The notes under the pieces: model-generated
Databases searched by the model: none
What the model was told of the DNA's origin: nothing
Seen by the model: only the letters and a program-made list of their open reading frames with translations
Shown here: one piece after another, positions 24,519 to 33,744 of the stretch
How the letters are laid out: each line of letters starts with the position of its first letter
How positions within the stretch are numbered: position 1 is the stretch's first letter
Origin: a virus
Lineage: Duplodnaviria > Heunggongvirae > Uroviricota > Caudoviricetes
IMG/VR virus record: IMGVR_UViG_3300027673_000001
Location: 18,759-82,758 of that record
DNA: 64,000 nucleotides
Direction: 5' to 3' (one strand)
Translations under genes and position numbers: made by a program

Positions 24519-25682
24519 TTATGGTGCTGATGTTATCACTGAACCAAGATCCAGTTCATCTAGGGAGTTCTGCATGAATATGTAGTCCGTATCAAGACCA
24601 CTCATCAGTAATACCATGGACCTAACTTCAACAGGTGATGTAAGATCAGCTGTCGCGCTTAGAAGCGTTACCCCATCTAAGCTATAAGTCACATTGTCAC
24701 CTATGAAGCTGGCCTCGAATTCGACTATTGACCCTGGAGAATACGTTGCTTCTGGTATGAAGGTTACGTCACCAGATAGGAATGTCGCCCCAAACCCAAA
24801 TTGTGTGGTCACAAAAACGCTACCGTCTGTTCTAAACGAGAATTGAGCAAATATCTCCAGGCTGTTTGGGCCATTCATCAACAACTCGAAAGTAGCAGGA
24901 GCGAACGGGAAAGATGTAAACTGAGCAAAGGGTTTGCTTGTTTGTATTCTATGCCTACTCTTGAATGTCTTCAGGTCAGACACTAATCTTCTATCCGTTC
25001 CAGAAGGAACTCTGAAGTCTATGTTGGTTTGTAGGGTATTATTGTTGTTGGAATCAAAGTAATGCCTCAGCCAGGCTCCGTCTGGTCCACCGCTAGTAAA
25101 CCCCGAAGGTGCAGGTGCTTGGAACACAGACCCAGAAGCCGCTAGGTCCGGAACAACACTAGCAACTGTAGAAAAGTTGTTCAGGAAGTAGAAAGGGCCT
25201 GCCGGTGGAGGCGGCGGTGGTGGGGGAGGTGGAGGCGGCGGTGGTGGAGGAGGTGGAGGCCCGTTGTTATACTGGGCTATCATTGCTGCTATTCTCTGTT
25301 GGAGAGTGATTAACTCAAGCTCTACTTTTTGTGAAGACCAAGTTTGGTTGTTCGCTATAAGTAAATCGTTTATGAGACCGGCGCCCGGCTGGCCAGCGGG
25401 CCCAATATCCCCTTCTGGCCCAGGGTCTCCCGGGTCACCTGGGGGACCCGGTATTAGTCCTCCACCGCCGCCAGGCCCTAGTATGTCTGGAGGGAGAGGT
25501 CTGCCTTCTAGGTCATTAAATGAACCAGTTCTTGCGACAGTGGCGACGGTTAAGTCAGTACCGTCTCCGAGTTCATTGTAAAGATCCTGGAAGTTCTGGT
25601 TTATCTTATCAAAAGCATCCCTGATAAACTCCGCTCTTAGGTCGTTAGGTATGCTACCTACGTTGATTGTTTTCTTTGTCAT
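24519..25682 (-). CDS. gp9/gp10-like N-terminus, short collagen, Pro19 linker, one beta-sandwich domain (paralogue C)
   Basis: INVGSIPND...DKINQNFQDLY; VARTGSFNDL; TWSS; ends LDLGSV. Confidence 0.8.
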   Translation of the reverse strand: MTKKTINVGSIPNDLRAEFIRDAFDKINQNFQDLYNELGDGTDLTVATVARTGSFNDLEGRPLPPDILGPGGGGGLIPGPPGDPGDPGPEGDIGPAGQPGAGLINDLLIANNQTWSSQKVELELITLQQRIAAMIAQYNNGPPPPPPPPPPPPPPPPPPPAGPFYFLNNFSTVASVVPDLAASGSVFQAPAPSGFTSGGPDGAWLRHYFDSNNNNTLQTNIDFRVPSGTDRRLVSDLKTFKSRHRIQTSKPFAQFTSFPFAPATFELLMNGPNSLEIFAQFSFRTDGSVFVTTQFGFGATFLSGDVTFIPEATYSPGSIVEFEASFIGDNVTYSLDGVTLLSATADLTSPVEVRSMVLLMSGLDTDYIFMQNSLDELDLGSVITSAP

Positions 25683-25683
25683 G

Positions 25684-28338
25684 TCAAGGACCTATGTTTA
25701 TTGACCCCAAGTCAAGATCTTCGTTTACGTTCTGAATATAGAGCCCATAGACGTCTACTAGAGTATTTCTGAAGTATAGGTAGTTGATGTCATATACGCC
25801 AGACCAATCATCTGTAATGTTTGCCAATTCAGACTCCCCACCCAATATACCTGGGCCCTTCACGATCAACCTAACCTCTGTATCTGTTCTTTCAATTCTG
25901 ATTGTGAATGGTTGTGGTTCCAGCCCGGAGCTAGTTACACCTACACTTGTAGAAGAACTACCGATGAAGTTCCCAGAAGCATCGTATATGTCAGAGAACA
26001 CTACAAACTCATTGTTGACTGAATCAAAAGTCACAGACAGGTATGTGTAGAATACGCTACCTGATAAAGTCATTTCAAAGATAGGGTCCGTGGAACCAAA
26101 CAGAACCATGTGGTTGAAACCAACGGAGATTTCCATCTCTTTGAAGTTATCAATGTACGCACCGCCGCTACCATCATCTATTGTTATGCTATTTGAACTG
26201 TCAAAAGTGAGGAGGTCGTCTCTTCTATAGGCTCTATAGGTTCCAAAACCATCCACACCACCGGGGAATCCATTGAAACCGCCGAAGTCTCCCCTCATTT
26301 GTACGTCTGGGAGGCCAACCTCAACGTTCACGTTGTTTAGGAACGTAAATTCGGCCTGGCTGAACCCCTCGAAAAGAACCGGCTTAGGTCCCGCGCCAGC
26401 GCCACCAACATACCTAGTCAATCTCTTGGTTAGGTAGTTTTGGTTTAGGTCCATTGCCTTATTGTTGGCGTATATGAATCCAAGGTCCATGGGGTTGGCC
26501 TGAATTTTTATAACCCTAACGTCTAGGTCTGGGATTATCTCGCCAGTCAACGTTTGCTCATCTATGATTTCATTACCCAACCTTAGACGCCAGACAGGTG
26601 TTGTCTGGGAGGCAGACCCATAAACTTCGGACTCAAGTATCTCAAAGAATAGAGATATGTCAACACCGGTCGGGAAAGGTCCGTCTAAGTTCAATGGTCC
26701 ATTGTCGATGGAAGCTATGTTGTTGTATGTGTATTGGTCTATTCTCAGATCTATAGATGCGGATACGTTGCCGCTGTCACCATCACCTGTGATGTTTAGT
26801 GTCAACCCAAAGGAGTCACCTTGCATATCAAGTGATAGGTATTTTACATGGGGAAACGGTTGTGGCCTGAAGAACAGATTAGTATGGAATATCCTGAGGT
26901 TATCTATGACTGGGTTTCCTAGGTTATTTTCTATCCAAAGCCATTCGTCAACGTCGCCGCCATCGCCTGTTACCCAGCCGTCTCCATAGTACTGAACAGC
27001 TCTAATTTCTGTACCTTCAGAACCATAATCTGGCGAGAATGGTGTGGAGTATGCTAGTTGTACGCCGTATGTTGAAACGTCCCCAGTTGGGTCGTCGTTG
27101 GGGTCATTGATATTAGATCTCGGCTTGGTGAATGTTTCGAGCAGAACGGACGAACCATCTGTTGCTATTGGGTTGTCTATCAAGGTTTCGCCAAAAGTAT
27201 ACCCACACACCATATCAATCCGGGAGCCAGCATCAACGTTGAGTGTTATTCTATTCCATTGAAGGTCTGGTTCTGTTATAGACCCCATGAAACTGATTGG
27301 TGTTTGTCTAACATCGTCAATATACAGAATTACATTGTTGTTGGTATAGTCTATCACTAAATCGATATCATGGTATGCGTTTGGTGTTATAGGTAACACA
27401 AACAAGTTCTCGGAAATGTTTGAGTCGCCTATGTCTCCAGACACTGTTATCGTTTGGCTGTTACCAAAGTCCTGAGAGAAGAAGAACTCCAGAGAAACTG
27501 TTAGGCTTATCTTTCTTGTTGGGTCTTGAATGGTTTCAAAGTTAAACGAAAGGTTTCTGAAAAGCCCGTTGTAGGGGTCATCATAGCTTAGGTTTAGTGT
27601 GCCGTCTAAGAAAAACCTAACTCTCCATGTGTCGTTCCCCACAGAAATAGGGACATCGTCTTGACCAGTTGACGGGCTTGATACCGCCTGCACAAAGGGA
27701 GTCATCCCCAGAAGAGTCACCGAATCTGTAGTCAGCTCACCTACAGAGTTTGGAAAAACCAACAAACCCCTAAAATCGTCGAACGTCTTCCATGTTGCTA
27801 TGTCTTGATAAGATATATCGGCTGGTCTATCTTGGTATGCGCCAACATAGGAAAAGTCTTCAAAGAAGGCAGGAAGAGTGCCACCTGTCCCTGTTCCTCC
27901 GCCCGGATCGTAGTTGTCCCAATCGTTTGCTATGGCGTCAAGAACTGCGTTGAGCTCGTCGATTTCAAATTTGATTTTCTCGGAAGACCAAGTTGAGTCA
28001 AGCTCAATAGCGGCATCGTCTAGTTCACCAAATCCAAAAGGACCCGGCGGCCCGTCAGGACCCTTAGGACCAGGAGGTCCTTTGATACCCTTGTTGCCTG
28101 GGAGGAATGTACCGTTACCACCAAAGTCAGGATCACCGTAATCTATGGAGGCTGGCCTATCGTCGATATCGGTGTATTGGCCTGTTAGGGCGACCGTAGA
28201 TACGATTAGCTCCGAACCATCTCCGAGGGCAGAGTATAGCTCGTCGAAGTTTTGGTTGATCTTTGTGAAGGTAGTCCTAAGGTCTTCACCTGTTTTGTCG
28301 TTTGGCTGTTTGCCAAAGTTTAGATCTCTTTTAGTCAT
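25684..28338 (-). CDS. gp9/gp10-like N-terminus, short collagen, three beta-sandwich domains (paralogue B)
   Basis: Likely start is MTKRDLNFG at 28338 (TAATG overlap), not 28353; ends LDLGSI. Confidence 0.8.
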   Translation of the reverse strand: MTKRDLNFGKQPNDKTGEDLRTTFTKINQNFDELYSALGDGSELIVSTVALTGQYTDIDDRPASIDYGDPDFGGNGTFLPGNKGIKGPPGPKGPDGPPGPFGFGELDDAAIELDSTWSSEKIKFEIDELNAVLDAIANDWDNYDPGGGTGTGGTLPAFFEDFSYVGAYQDRPADISYQDIATWKTFDDFRGLLVFPNSVGELTTDSVTLLGMTPFVQAVSSPSTGQDDVPISVGNDTWRVRFFLDGTLNLSYDDPYNGLFRNLSFNFETIQDPTRKISLTVSLEFFFSQDFGNSQTITVSGDIGDSNISENLFVLPITPNAYHDIDLVIDYTNNNVILYIDDVRQTPISFMGSITEPDLQWNRITLNVDAGSRIDMVCGYTFGETLIDNPIATDGSSVLLETFTKPRSNINDPNDDPTGDVSTYGVQLAYSTPFSPDYGSEGTEIRAVQYYGDGWVTGDGGDVDEWLWIENNLGNPVIDNLRIFHTNLFFRPQPFPHVKYLSLDMQGDSFGLTLNITGDGDSGNVSASIDLRIDQYTYNNIASIDNGPLNLDGPFPTGVDISLFFEILESEVYGSASQTTPVWRLRLGNEIIDEQTLTGEIIPDLDVRVIKIQANPMDLGFIYANNKAMDLNQNYLTKRLTRYVGGAGAGPKPVLFEGFSQAEFTFLNNVNVEVGLPDVQMRGDFGGFNGFPGGVDGFGTYRAYRRDDLLTFDSSNSITIDDGSGGAYIDNFKEMEISVGFNHMVLFGSTDPIFEMTLSGSVFYTYLSVTFDSVNNEFVVFSDIYDASGNFIGSSSTSVGVTSSGLEPQPFTIRIERTDTEVRLIVKGPGILGGESELANITDDWSGVYDINYLYFRNTLVDVYGLYIQNVNEDLDLGSINIGP

Positions 28339-29159
28339 TATTCGCCAAACCAATACAATCTTAAGGAAGCTTTCTTGTTATTTAGCGTTAGGTCCATGAC
28401 TCTATAAGTTGGGTCAGGAGAGGCGCCAAACCCATACACCATCAACTGAAAGTATCCAACGCCAACAGAATCTATCTCAAATGATCCTGATTGAACGCCC
28501 CCTGGGAAAGTTCCCGGATCTGAGTTTAGAATGACGAAAGGAACGAGATCGCCTTCACTATGACCAGTAGTTTGAAGAGTCAGTGTTACGAAGCTCTGTC
28601 CTGGGTATATGAATACTTCTGAGTTTCCCGTTGGCACGCCATACTCGTCACTTTCAAACAATGTGTAAGTCGGTGGTCCCAATGGTCTCTCGGGAAAAAG
28701 AATCCTAGTACCATCGGGAACAGGGCCGCCGCCTCCTCCACCGTCAGGAGGCGCTCTGAAGATGGTGTCTGAAAGGTCATCCAGTTCCGTGAATAGGGTG
28801 TTGATTCTAGATGAACTCCAGCTAGTGAAGAACGTTATTAGGTTGTCATCTATAAGATCAAGACCAGGACCACCGGCTGGTCCTGGTGGACCTGGCGGCC
28901 CTGCCGGTCCTTGAGGTCCAGGTGGTCCTATGATAATGCCTTCACCAGAAGAAGACCCAGCCAAGGGGTTTGGGCGGTTTATCAAATCATTGAATGAACC
29001 TGTTCTGGCTACTCTTGCTACCTTGAGATTAGAGCCGTCTGTGCTGAGCTCAGACCATAGTTCGTCGAAGTTTTCCTCGACCTTTTCAAAGGCGTCTCTT
29101 AGGCGATCGCCAGAATCGTCGCCTGGCTCTTCACCTATATTGATTAGTTGTATGGCCAT
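28338..29159 (-). CDS. gp9/gp10-like N-terminus, short collagen, small C-domain (paralogue A)
   Basis: INIGEEPGDDSGDRLRDAFEKVEENFDELW; VARTGSFNDL; SWSS. Confidence 0.8.
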   Translation of the reverse strand: MAIQLINIGEEPGDDSGDRLRDAFEKVEENFDELWSELSTDGSNLKVARVARTGSFNDLINRPNPLAGSSSGEGIIIGPPGPQGPAGPPGPPGPAGGPGLDLIDDNLITFFTSWSSSRINTLFTELDDLSDTIFRAPPDGGGGGGPVPDGTRILFPERPLGPPTYTLFESDEYGVPTGNSEVFIYPGQSFVTLTLQTTGHSEGDLVPFVILNSDPGTFPGGVQSGSFEIDSVGVGYFQLMVYGFGASPDPTYRVMDLTLNNKKASLRLYWFGE

Positions 29160-29803
29160 TATCTTACTACGATGTTAGACGATTCGTCTAGAAACTTATC
29201 ATTGTCACCAAAGCTATCTTGGGTGTCTATGCTAGGGACTTGGTCGACGTCAAATGTCTTAAGGCTTTCGAAGGCATCCACAGCTTCAATTCCAGTATCC
29301 ATTCTCTCGGAGCTGTACTGGAAGAGCTCGATTGTTATTCTCCATGTAGGCATGGAACCTATTGTCCAGAAGTTTGTTGACTTCTCTACGTATCTAAGTT
29401 CAAATAGCTTTCTGGTGAGGGGGAAGTATAGCAGGTCTCCCTCAGCTGGTCTCTCAGGTAGAATAGTCTTCCCAAATCTTTGAACGAGTTCGCCCCATCT
29501 TCTCCTAGACACAACCACTTGGGTTGACTGCTCGACGTAAAGACCAAACTTGGATATGAACTCACCTTGTCCGCCCCAACCTGTAGGGTTCTCAACATAC
29601 ATCTCAATGGGATATGAATTGCTAAAGGTCGACAGCCTATCCTCGCCTAGTATCTCATCCTTGGCTACTAGGGTTCTGGGGATGTAGAAAAACTCCTGCC
29701 CGAAGTTACGAATGGACTCTTCCACAAGGTCCGCGAGGACCATCTGTTCGTTATCAGAACCTTGCGTCTGGTTTTCTGAAGTGAAGTATGGGTTTAGTGG
29801 CAT
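29159..29803 (-). CDS. gp14: neck protein
   Basis: NPYF, ESIRNFG, YIPRTLV, FSNSYPIEMY, EGDLLYFP, ELFQYSSE. Confidence 0.95.
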   Translation of the reverse strand: MPLNPYFTSENQTQGSDNEQMVLADLVEESIRNFGQEFFYIPRTLVAKDEILGEDRLSTFSNSYPIEMYVENPTGWGGQGEFISKFGLYVEQSTQVVVSRRRWGELVQRFGKTILPERPAEGDLLYFPLTRKLFELRYVEKSTNFWTIGSMPTWRITIELFQYSSERMDTGIEAVDAFESLKTFDVDQVPSIDTQDSFGDNDKFLDESSNIVVR

Positions 29804-29806
29804 GTC

Positions 29807-30766
29807 TTATCCCATTATGAAGCCCAAGGGGGCTGATTTATTCTGGAGCTCGTCTTCGAGTCTTTGTATTTCGTTGTCTGCTTCGAGATACATCGCCTGT
29901 CCGTCCAAAACAACACCACCAGGTAGTTGCATATTTTGGAACTTCTTGAGGTTTGTCGCCCATTGCTTCTTAAACAGAGCCTCAACATAGAGTTTCAGCC
30001 AGGGTTCACCGTACATCTTCCTGTTTGTTTCTGGGTCCAGAGCTCTGTAGCATTCAATGATGAAGTAATCATCAGTAGCTAACTTGTTCCAGTTGATTGG
30101 CATATAGAGCTTACCACCGAGTCTGTTGAACTCAAACTGTGGGTATCCGTTCAGCATCTGATCAAGCATAGTCATATGCTGCATAACCATGCTGTAGTAG
30201 AGCATTGACGTATTCGTCAGCTCATACAAGTCATTCAATCTAAGCTGGTACTGAACATCAAAAAGGTTGGCGCTGCTGCTACCTTGTCTAAAAGGTATAA
30301 CTCTGATTACACCATAGATGATATCTGGTATCTCAACGTACTTTCTCTCAGTGTCGCCTTCAACAAAGAAATCAGTTGCTTCCAGAGTAGCTATGGGGTT
30401 TGAACCGCCGCCGCCTCTAACTATTTCTCCAGCCACGAAGTCATAGGCCCCAATGCCCCGAATTCTAATGGTGTTTCCGTCGGAACCTTTCTGGACTGTT
30501 GCTTTTGCTCCAGAAGAAAGACCTATGATGTCTGTGCCTGCCACAAAGTCCGCACCGTTGGTTCCTGTAATCTTTAGCTCAGAAGGAGTGACTTTATGCT
30601 TTAGGTACATCCTCTCTATACCATCGTAGTGGTATAGTTGAAAGTAGGAAATCGCCTCATCGAGTCTATCTTCTAGTTGCTCATCTGCCACGTTAATTTG
30701 CAGAACAGGAGCCCCTAGAGCCCTGAGGGCATACTGTTTCAGACCTTCTCTTGTTGTTACTGCCAT
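29807..30766 (-). CDS. gp13: neck protein / head-tail adaptor
   Basis: LKQYALRALGAPVLQINV, YHYDGIER, WATNLKKFQNMQLPGGVVLDG. Confidence 0.95.
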   Translation of the reverse strand: MAVTTREGLKQYALRALGAPVLQINVADEQLEDRLDEAISYFQLYHYDGIERMYLKHKVTPSELKITGTNGADFVAGTDIIGLSSGAKATVQKGSDGNTIRIRGIGAYDFVAGEIVRGGGGSNPIATLEATDFFVEGDTERKYVEIPDIIYGVIRVIPFRQGSSSANLFDVQYQLRLNDLYELTNTSMLYYSMVMQHMTMLDQMLNGYPQFEFNRLGGKLYMPINWNKLATDDYFIIECYRALDPETNRKMYGEPWLKLYVEALFKKQWATNLKKFQNMQLPGGVVLDGQAMYLEADNEIQRLEDELQNKSAPLGFIMG

Positions 30767-30768
30767 GA

Positions 30769-31095
30769 TTAGAATACCGTAGGAATGATGATTGCCTGTC
30801 CAGACAATATGATGTTTGTCTCGCCTGTTAGGTCACTTACGAAAATAGAATACTGGAAAGTTCCCGGGCTTAGAAGTCTCGTCGAAGCAGACGAGATGGA
30901 AACTCTAACAACACCATTGACTGCATCAAAGATCGTTGTGTTGATAGCGTACTTGGTTGTGGACCCAAAGTACTTTGTGATGAACATTGAGCTGGTGAAC
31001 CCAGTTAGGTCAAGTGGTTCGCCGTCGGAACCTAGAACAGTGATATCACTCTCGAATGTTGAGTTTTGAGTAATGTAGAGGGTTTTGGGTTTCAT
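30769..31095 (-). CDS. small beta-sandwich virion protein (BppU N-terminal-like)
   Basis: LYITQNSTF...PLDLTGFT...GVVRVSISS...T..L.PG...Y pattern; upstream of gp13. Confidence 0.7.
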   Translation of the reverse strand: MKPKTLYITQNSTFESDITVLGSDGEPLDLTGFTSSMFITKYFGSTTKYAINTTIFDAVNGVVRVSISSASTRLLSPGTFQYSIFVSDLTGETNIILSGQAIIIPTVF

Positions 31096-31828
31096 GTTTT
31101 GCTCTTGGTTTATCTTTATTTAGTCTTTGGCTCAGTAAAGTTTGAATCATCTCTGGTATATGCCTGGGTACCTCGATGTGTGAGACGTCATACACCGGGA
31201 TTGGTTTGGGCTCCAGCTTGTATTTTGGGAGTATCTTTGTCATTATCCTCGGTATATGCGCCCTATATGTCAACCTCCCTGTGTTTCTTGACTTCATTAT
31301 TCCTATGGGCTGTTGGTACCAAAAGTAACCGTCTATAGGCACATGGACAGCGCCATGTTTGGAAGCCACGGCCATCTTTATCATCCATTCAACACCCATA
31401 TCATGATCGACGTCACCAATGACGTCCATGACTGCCTCTCTTCTAAAGACGCAAAGGTTGTGAACTCTTGCTGGCGATTCTCTTATGTCGCTGTAAAGAA
31501 AAGGAACCCTAGTTGTTTTGAGCGACAGATCTGGGTACACTCTAACTTCCCTAGTGAAAGCGAGACCTGCACCTGTCTTTTCCAGGGCGTCAACGCAAAG
31601 CTCTATTGCCATGGGGTGTATCTCGTCATCGTCGTCTAGGTATGACGTGAAATCGTCCAGAAGGAGATCAACACCTCTCCTGGACAACCATTCGGGCATA
31701 GTTGGCGTTTCGATTATGACGTGCTTCCCATAAGACGGCAACCCAAGTGAAGCAGAGCGCATTGCTCTTTCCAATTCACTTGGGTTGAAGTTTGCTGTAT
31801 GAGTTAGAAGAGTCAGACTCAAGGCCAC
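31046..31828 (-). CDS. GT-A / family 2-like glycosyltransferase
   Basis: GTG start; Rossmann-like N-terminus; FTSYLDDDD DxD motif (about 31625-31642); EW and HVP..GY motifs downstream. Confidence 0.7.
   Translation of the reverse strand: MALSLTLLTHTANFNPSELERAMRSASLGLPSYGKHVIIETPTMPEWLSRRGVDLLLDDFTSYLDDDDEIHPMAIELCVDALEKTGAGLAFTREVRVYPDLSLKTTRVPFLYSDIRESPARVHNLCVFRREAVMDVIGDVDHDMGVEWMIKMAVASKHGAVHVPIDGYFWYQQPIGIMKSRNTGRLTYRAHIPRIMTKILPKYKLEPKPIPVYDVSHIEVPRHIPEMIQTLLSQRLNKDKPRAKHETQNPLHYSKLNIRE
31117..31124 (-). promoter_or_regulatory. late promoter variant ACTAAATA (neck operon), inside the GT 3' end
   Basis: Lies 21 nt upstream of ATG 31095. Confidence 0.55.
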
Positions 31829-32343
31829 ACCATTACCGGTAATTCTGATATGAATGATTCGACGCTTGAAGGGGGAGCCCTAAGACCAGCCTGAACGTCA
31901 AAGAGTATTTGATATGCGGTAGCATTACATGAGTCCATCCAATTTGCGAAGGCTGCCCCTTCGGCTTGAAAAGGGCCTGGGTAGCCCGCCCTTAGAGCGC
32001 ACGTAAACCGGTTATCATACCTCCTAGTTTGGGCAACAGAATCTAAATACGCATCCAAGGCTCCTTCAAACTTTCTTTTTAGGTTAGCTGCTTGCACTTC
32101 TGGGGGAAGAGCCTCTACAATCCATTGTTCGACCCACACGCCATTATCTAATATAGGGGTTCCAAGAAAACATCTAAAAAGCGCATCATCAAAGTTTGGT
32201 TTCTCTGAAGAATGAACTCTAGCATATCCTAGCTCACTCAAAAGTTCGTCGCTTATCAAAACAGGAATGCTTGAGTTTGGGAACAGACTAATCAGGTCTG
32301 TTATAGAGATTGCTTCTCCATCTGAGATTCTAACTATATTCAT
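31819..32343 (-). CDS. tail fibre assembly / chaperone-like protein
   Basis: C-terminal LDSVAQTRRYDNRFTCALRAGYPGPFQAEG...WP pattern typical of proteobacterial phage fibre-associated proteins. Confidence 0.65.
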   Translation of the reverse strand: MNIVRISDGEAISITDLISLFPNSSIPVLISDELLSELGYARVHSSEKPNFDDALFRCFLGTPILDNGVWVEQWIVEALPPEVQAANLKRKFEGALDAYLDSVAQTRRYDNRFTCALRAGYPGPFQAEGAAFANWMDSCNATAYQILFDVQAGLRAPPSSVESFISELPVMVWP

Positions 32344-33275
32344 CTAGGGCTCCAATATACGCTAGGTGTTTTGTTACCTTCTAATAGAACACAGTGACTA
32401 GGGCTGACAGCCACGGTGCTTAGTGTTGTGGAAAACCCACTCAAAGACTCTCTAGATCTAGAAAAAAGCCTCCAATTGATGGCATCTCTAGTTATAGCAT
32501 AGAAAGGTATAGGCACAAAATACACAGAGATTACTAGAGAGTCCTCAACAACAGAAAACTCCACTTCCCCAACGTTTGTTGGAAAGGGCGTGTTTACAAG
32601 GTTCCAGTTTATTCCGTCTGAACTACTGAACAACCCCTGGTTTAGTTCCCATCTGTAAAACAGCCCATTGAAAAAAACAGTGCCAAAAAACGGTAAAGAA
32701 CCTGAGACAAGTCTAGAAGTCCAGTTTATTCCGTCTGAACTCGTGTAGTACGTATTGGATGTCCGCCCAGAAACCAAAAACAAATCGTTACCAAAAACTA
32801 CTCTTGCTATCCCAATACTGGTGGTGCTTGTAAATCTAGAAGTCCAGTCTATACCTGTTGTGGATGTTGATATTCTAGTTGAAGGCGACGGCCCTTGCCC
32901 ACAAACAGCAACATATAAACCAGCGTTGTCACTGGTAATTGACTGAACTGTGTTGCCACCTAAAGCAAAGCTGCCAGGCGTCCAGTTTATACCGTTTGTG
33001 CTTCTAACAACTAAACCAGAAGATCCTGTTAATCTAAGATTGCCGTCTATGAAGATATTAGAAGACATAGTTCCTCCAGTGTACGATATTGACCATGTCT
33101 TACCATCAGAACTTCTGATTATGTAAGGACTAGCAATAGCTTGGAAAAAAGAGCCGTCCCATATTACATTTTTAGTAGCAGATTCTATAGGGTCTAAAGG
33201 GTATGATGTTCTTGGGAACCATGGGCCTTGTAAAATGTCTGGCCCTATGCCCATTATGCTTCTAACAAAACTCAT
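32340..33275 (-). CDS. BNR/Asp-box repeat beta-propeller (putative receptor-binding or fibre protein)
   Basis: Repeats SSDGKTW, STNGINW, STTGIDW, SSDGINW x2, TRDAINW; likely start MSFVRS at 33275 (ATGA overlap) rather than 33389. Confidence 0.78.
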   Translation of the reverse strand: MSFVRSIMGIGPDILQGPWFPRTSYPLDPIESATKNVIWDGSFFQAIASPYIIRSSDGKTWSISYTGGTMSSNIFIDGNLRLTGSSGLVVRSTNGINWTPGSFALGGNTVQSITSDNAGLYVAVCGQGPSPSTRISTSTTGIDWTSRFTSTTSIGIARVVFGNDLFLVSGRTSNTYYTSSDGINWTSRLVSGSLPFFGTVFFNGLFYRWELNQGLFSSSDGINWNLVNTPFPTNVGEVEFSVVEDSLVISVYFVPIPFYAITRDAINWRLFSRSRESLSGFSTTLSTVAVSPSHCVLLEGNKTPSVYWSPR

Positions 33276-33742
33276 TTCACATCTCTTCCAATATGAAGAC
33301 CAACCCAGGTAACCCCGCCATCTGTGGTGTAGAAACTCAATACATCCCTGCCCGATGCGACTAATGTAGGCGCAACGCCATTCGACCACCTAAGACCAGA
33401 CCACCAGTTTACAATAGAAGAACCTCCATTTGTAAGTTCCAAAATAAAGCTAGCTGATATGCCGTTAGACGGAGCATTAGTCAACGTAAGAGTTGTTGTT
33501 CCTGAAATTGTCTTTGTGTAGTAGCTAGCTAGGGAAAGATCTATGTTCGATCCTGATACATCATGTCTAACCTCTCTAGGAGAGACATAAGTTTTCTGGG
33601 AAATTGTCTGCGCTGCTGTTGTTGTGACCACGTCAGAGGAAAGAATACGTCTCCATCTGCTACCATCCCACTGCCAGGATAGCGAGCCAGATTGGAAGAT
33701 GTCGTTAAGGTTTGGTGATGAAGGAAAATTTATGGCAGCCAT
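33272..33742 (-). CDS. tail fibre domain protein
   Basis: N-terminal FPSSP...WQWDGSRW module plus IDLSLASYYTKTISG...DVLSFYTTDGG domain. Confidence 0.75.
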   Translation of the reverse strand: MAAINFPSSPNLNDIFQSGSLSWQWDGSRWRRILSSDVVTTTAAQTISQKTYVSPREVRHDVSGSNIDLSLASYYTKTISGTTTLTLTNAPSNGISASFILELTNGGSSIVNWWSGLRWSNGVAPTLVASGRDVLSFYTTDGGVTWVGLHIGRDVK

Positions 33743-33744
33743 GT

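Noticed and set aside
33276-33389. N-terminal extension of the 349-aa ORF; likewise 28339-28353, 62195-62206 and 62273-62281
   Set aside because: These overlap the upstream gene or lack an SD; downstream ATGs give typical ATGA/TAATG coupling or a better SD.
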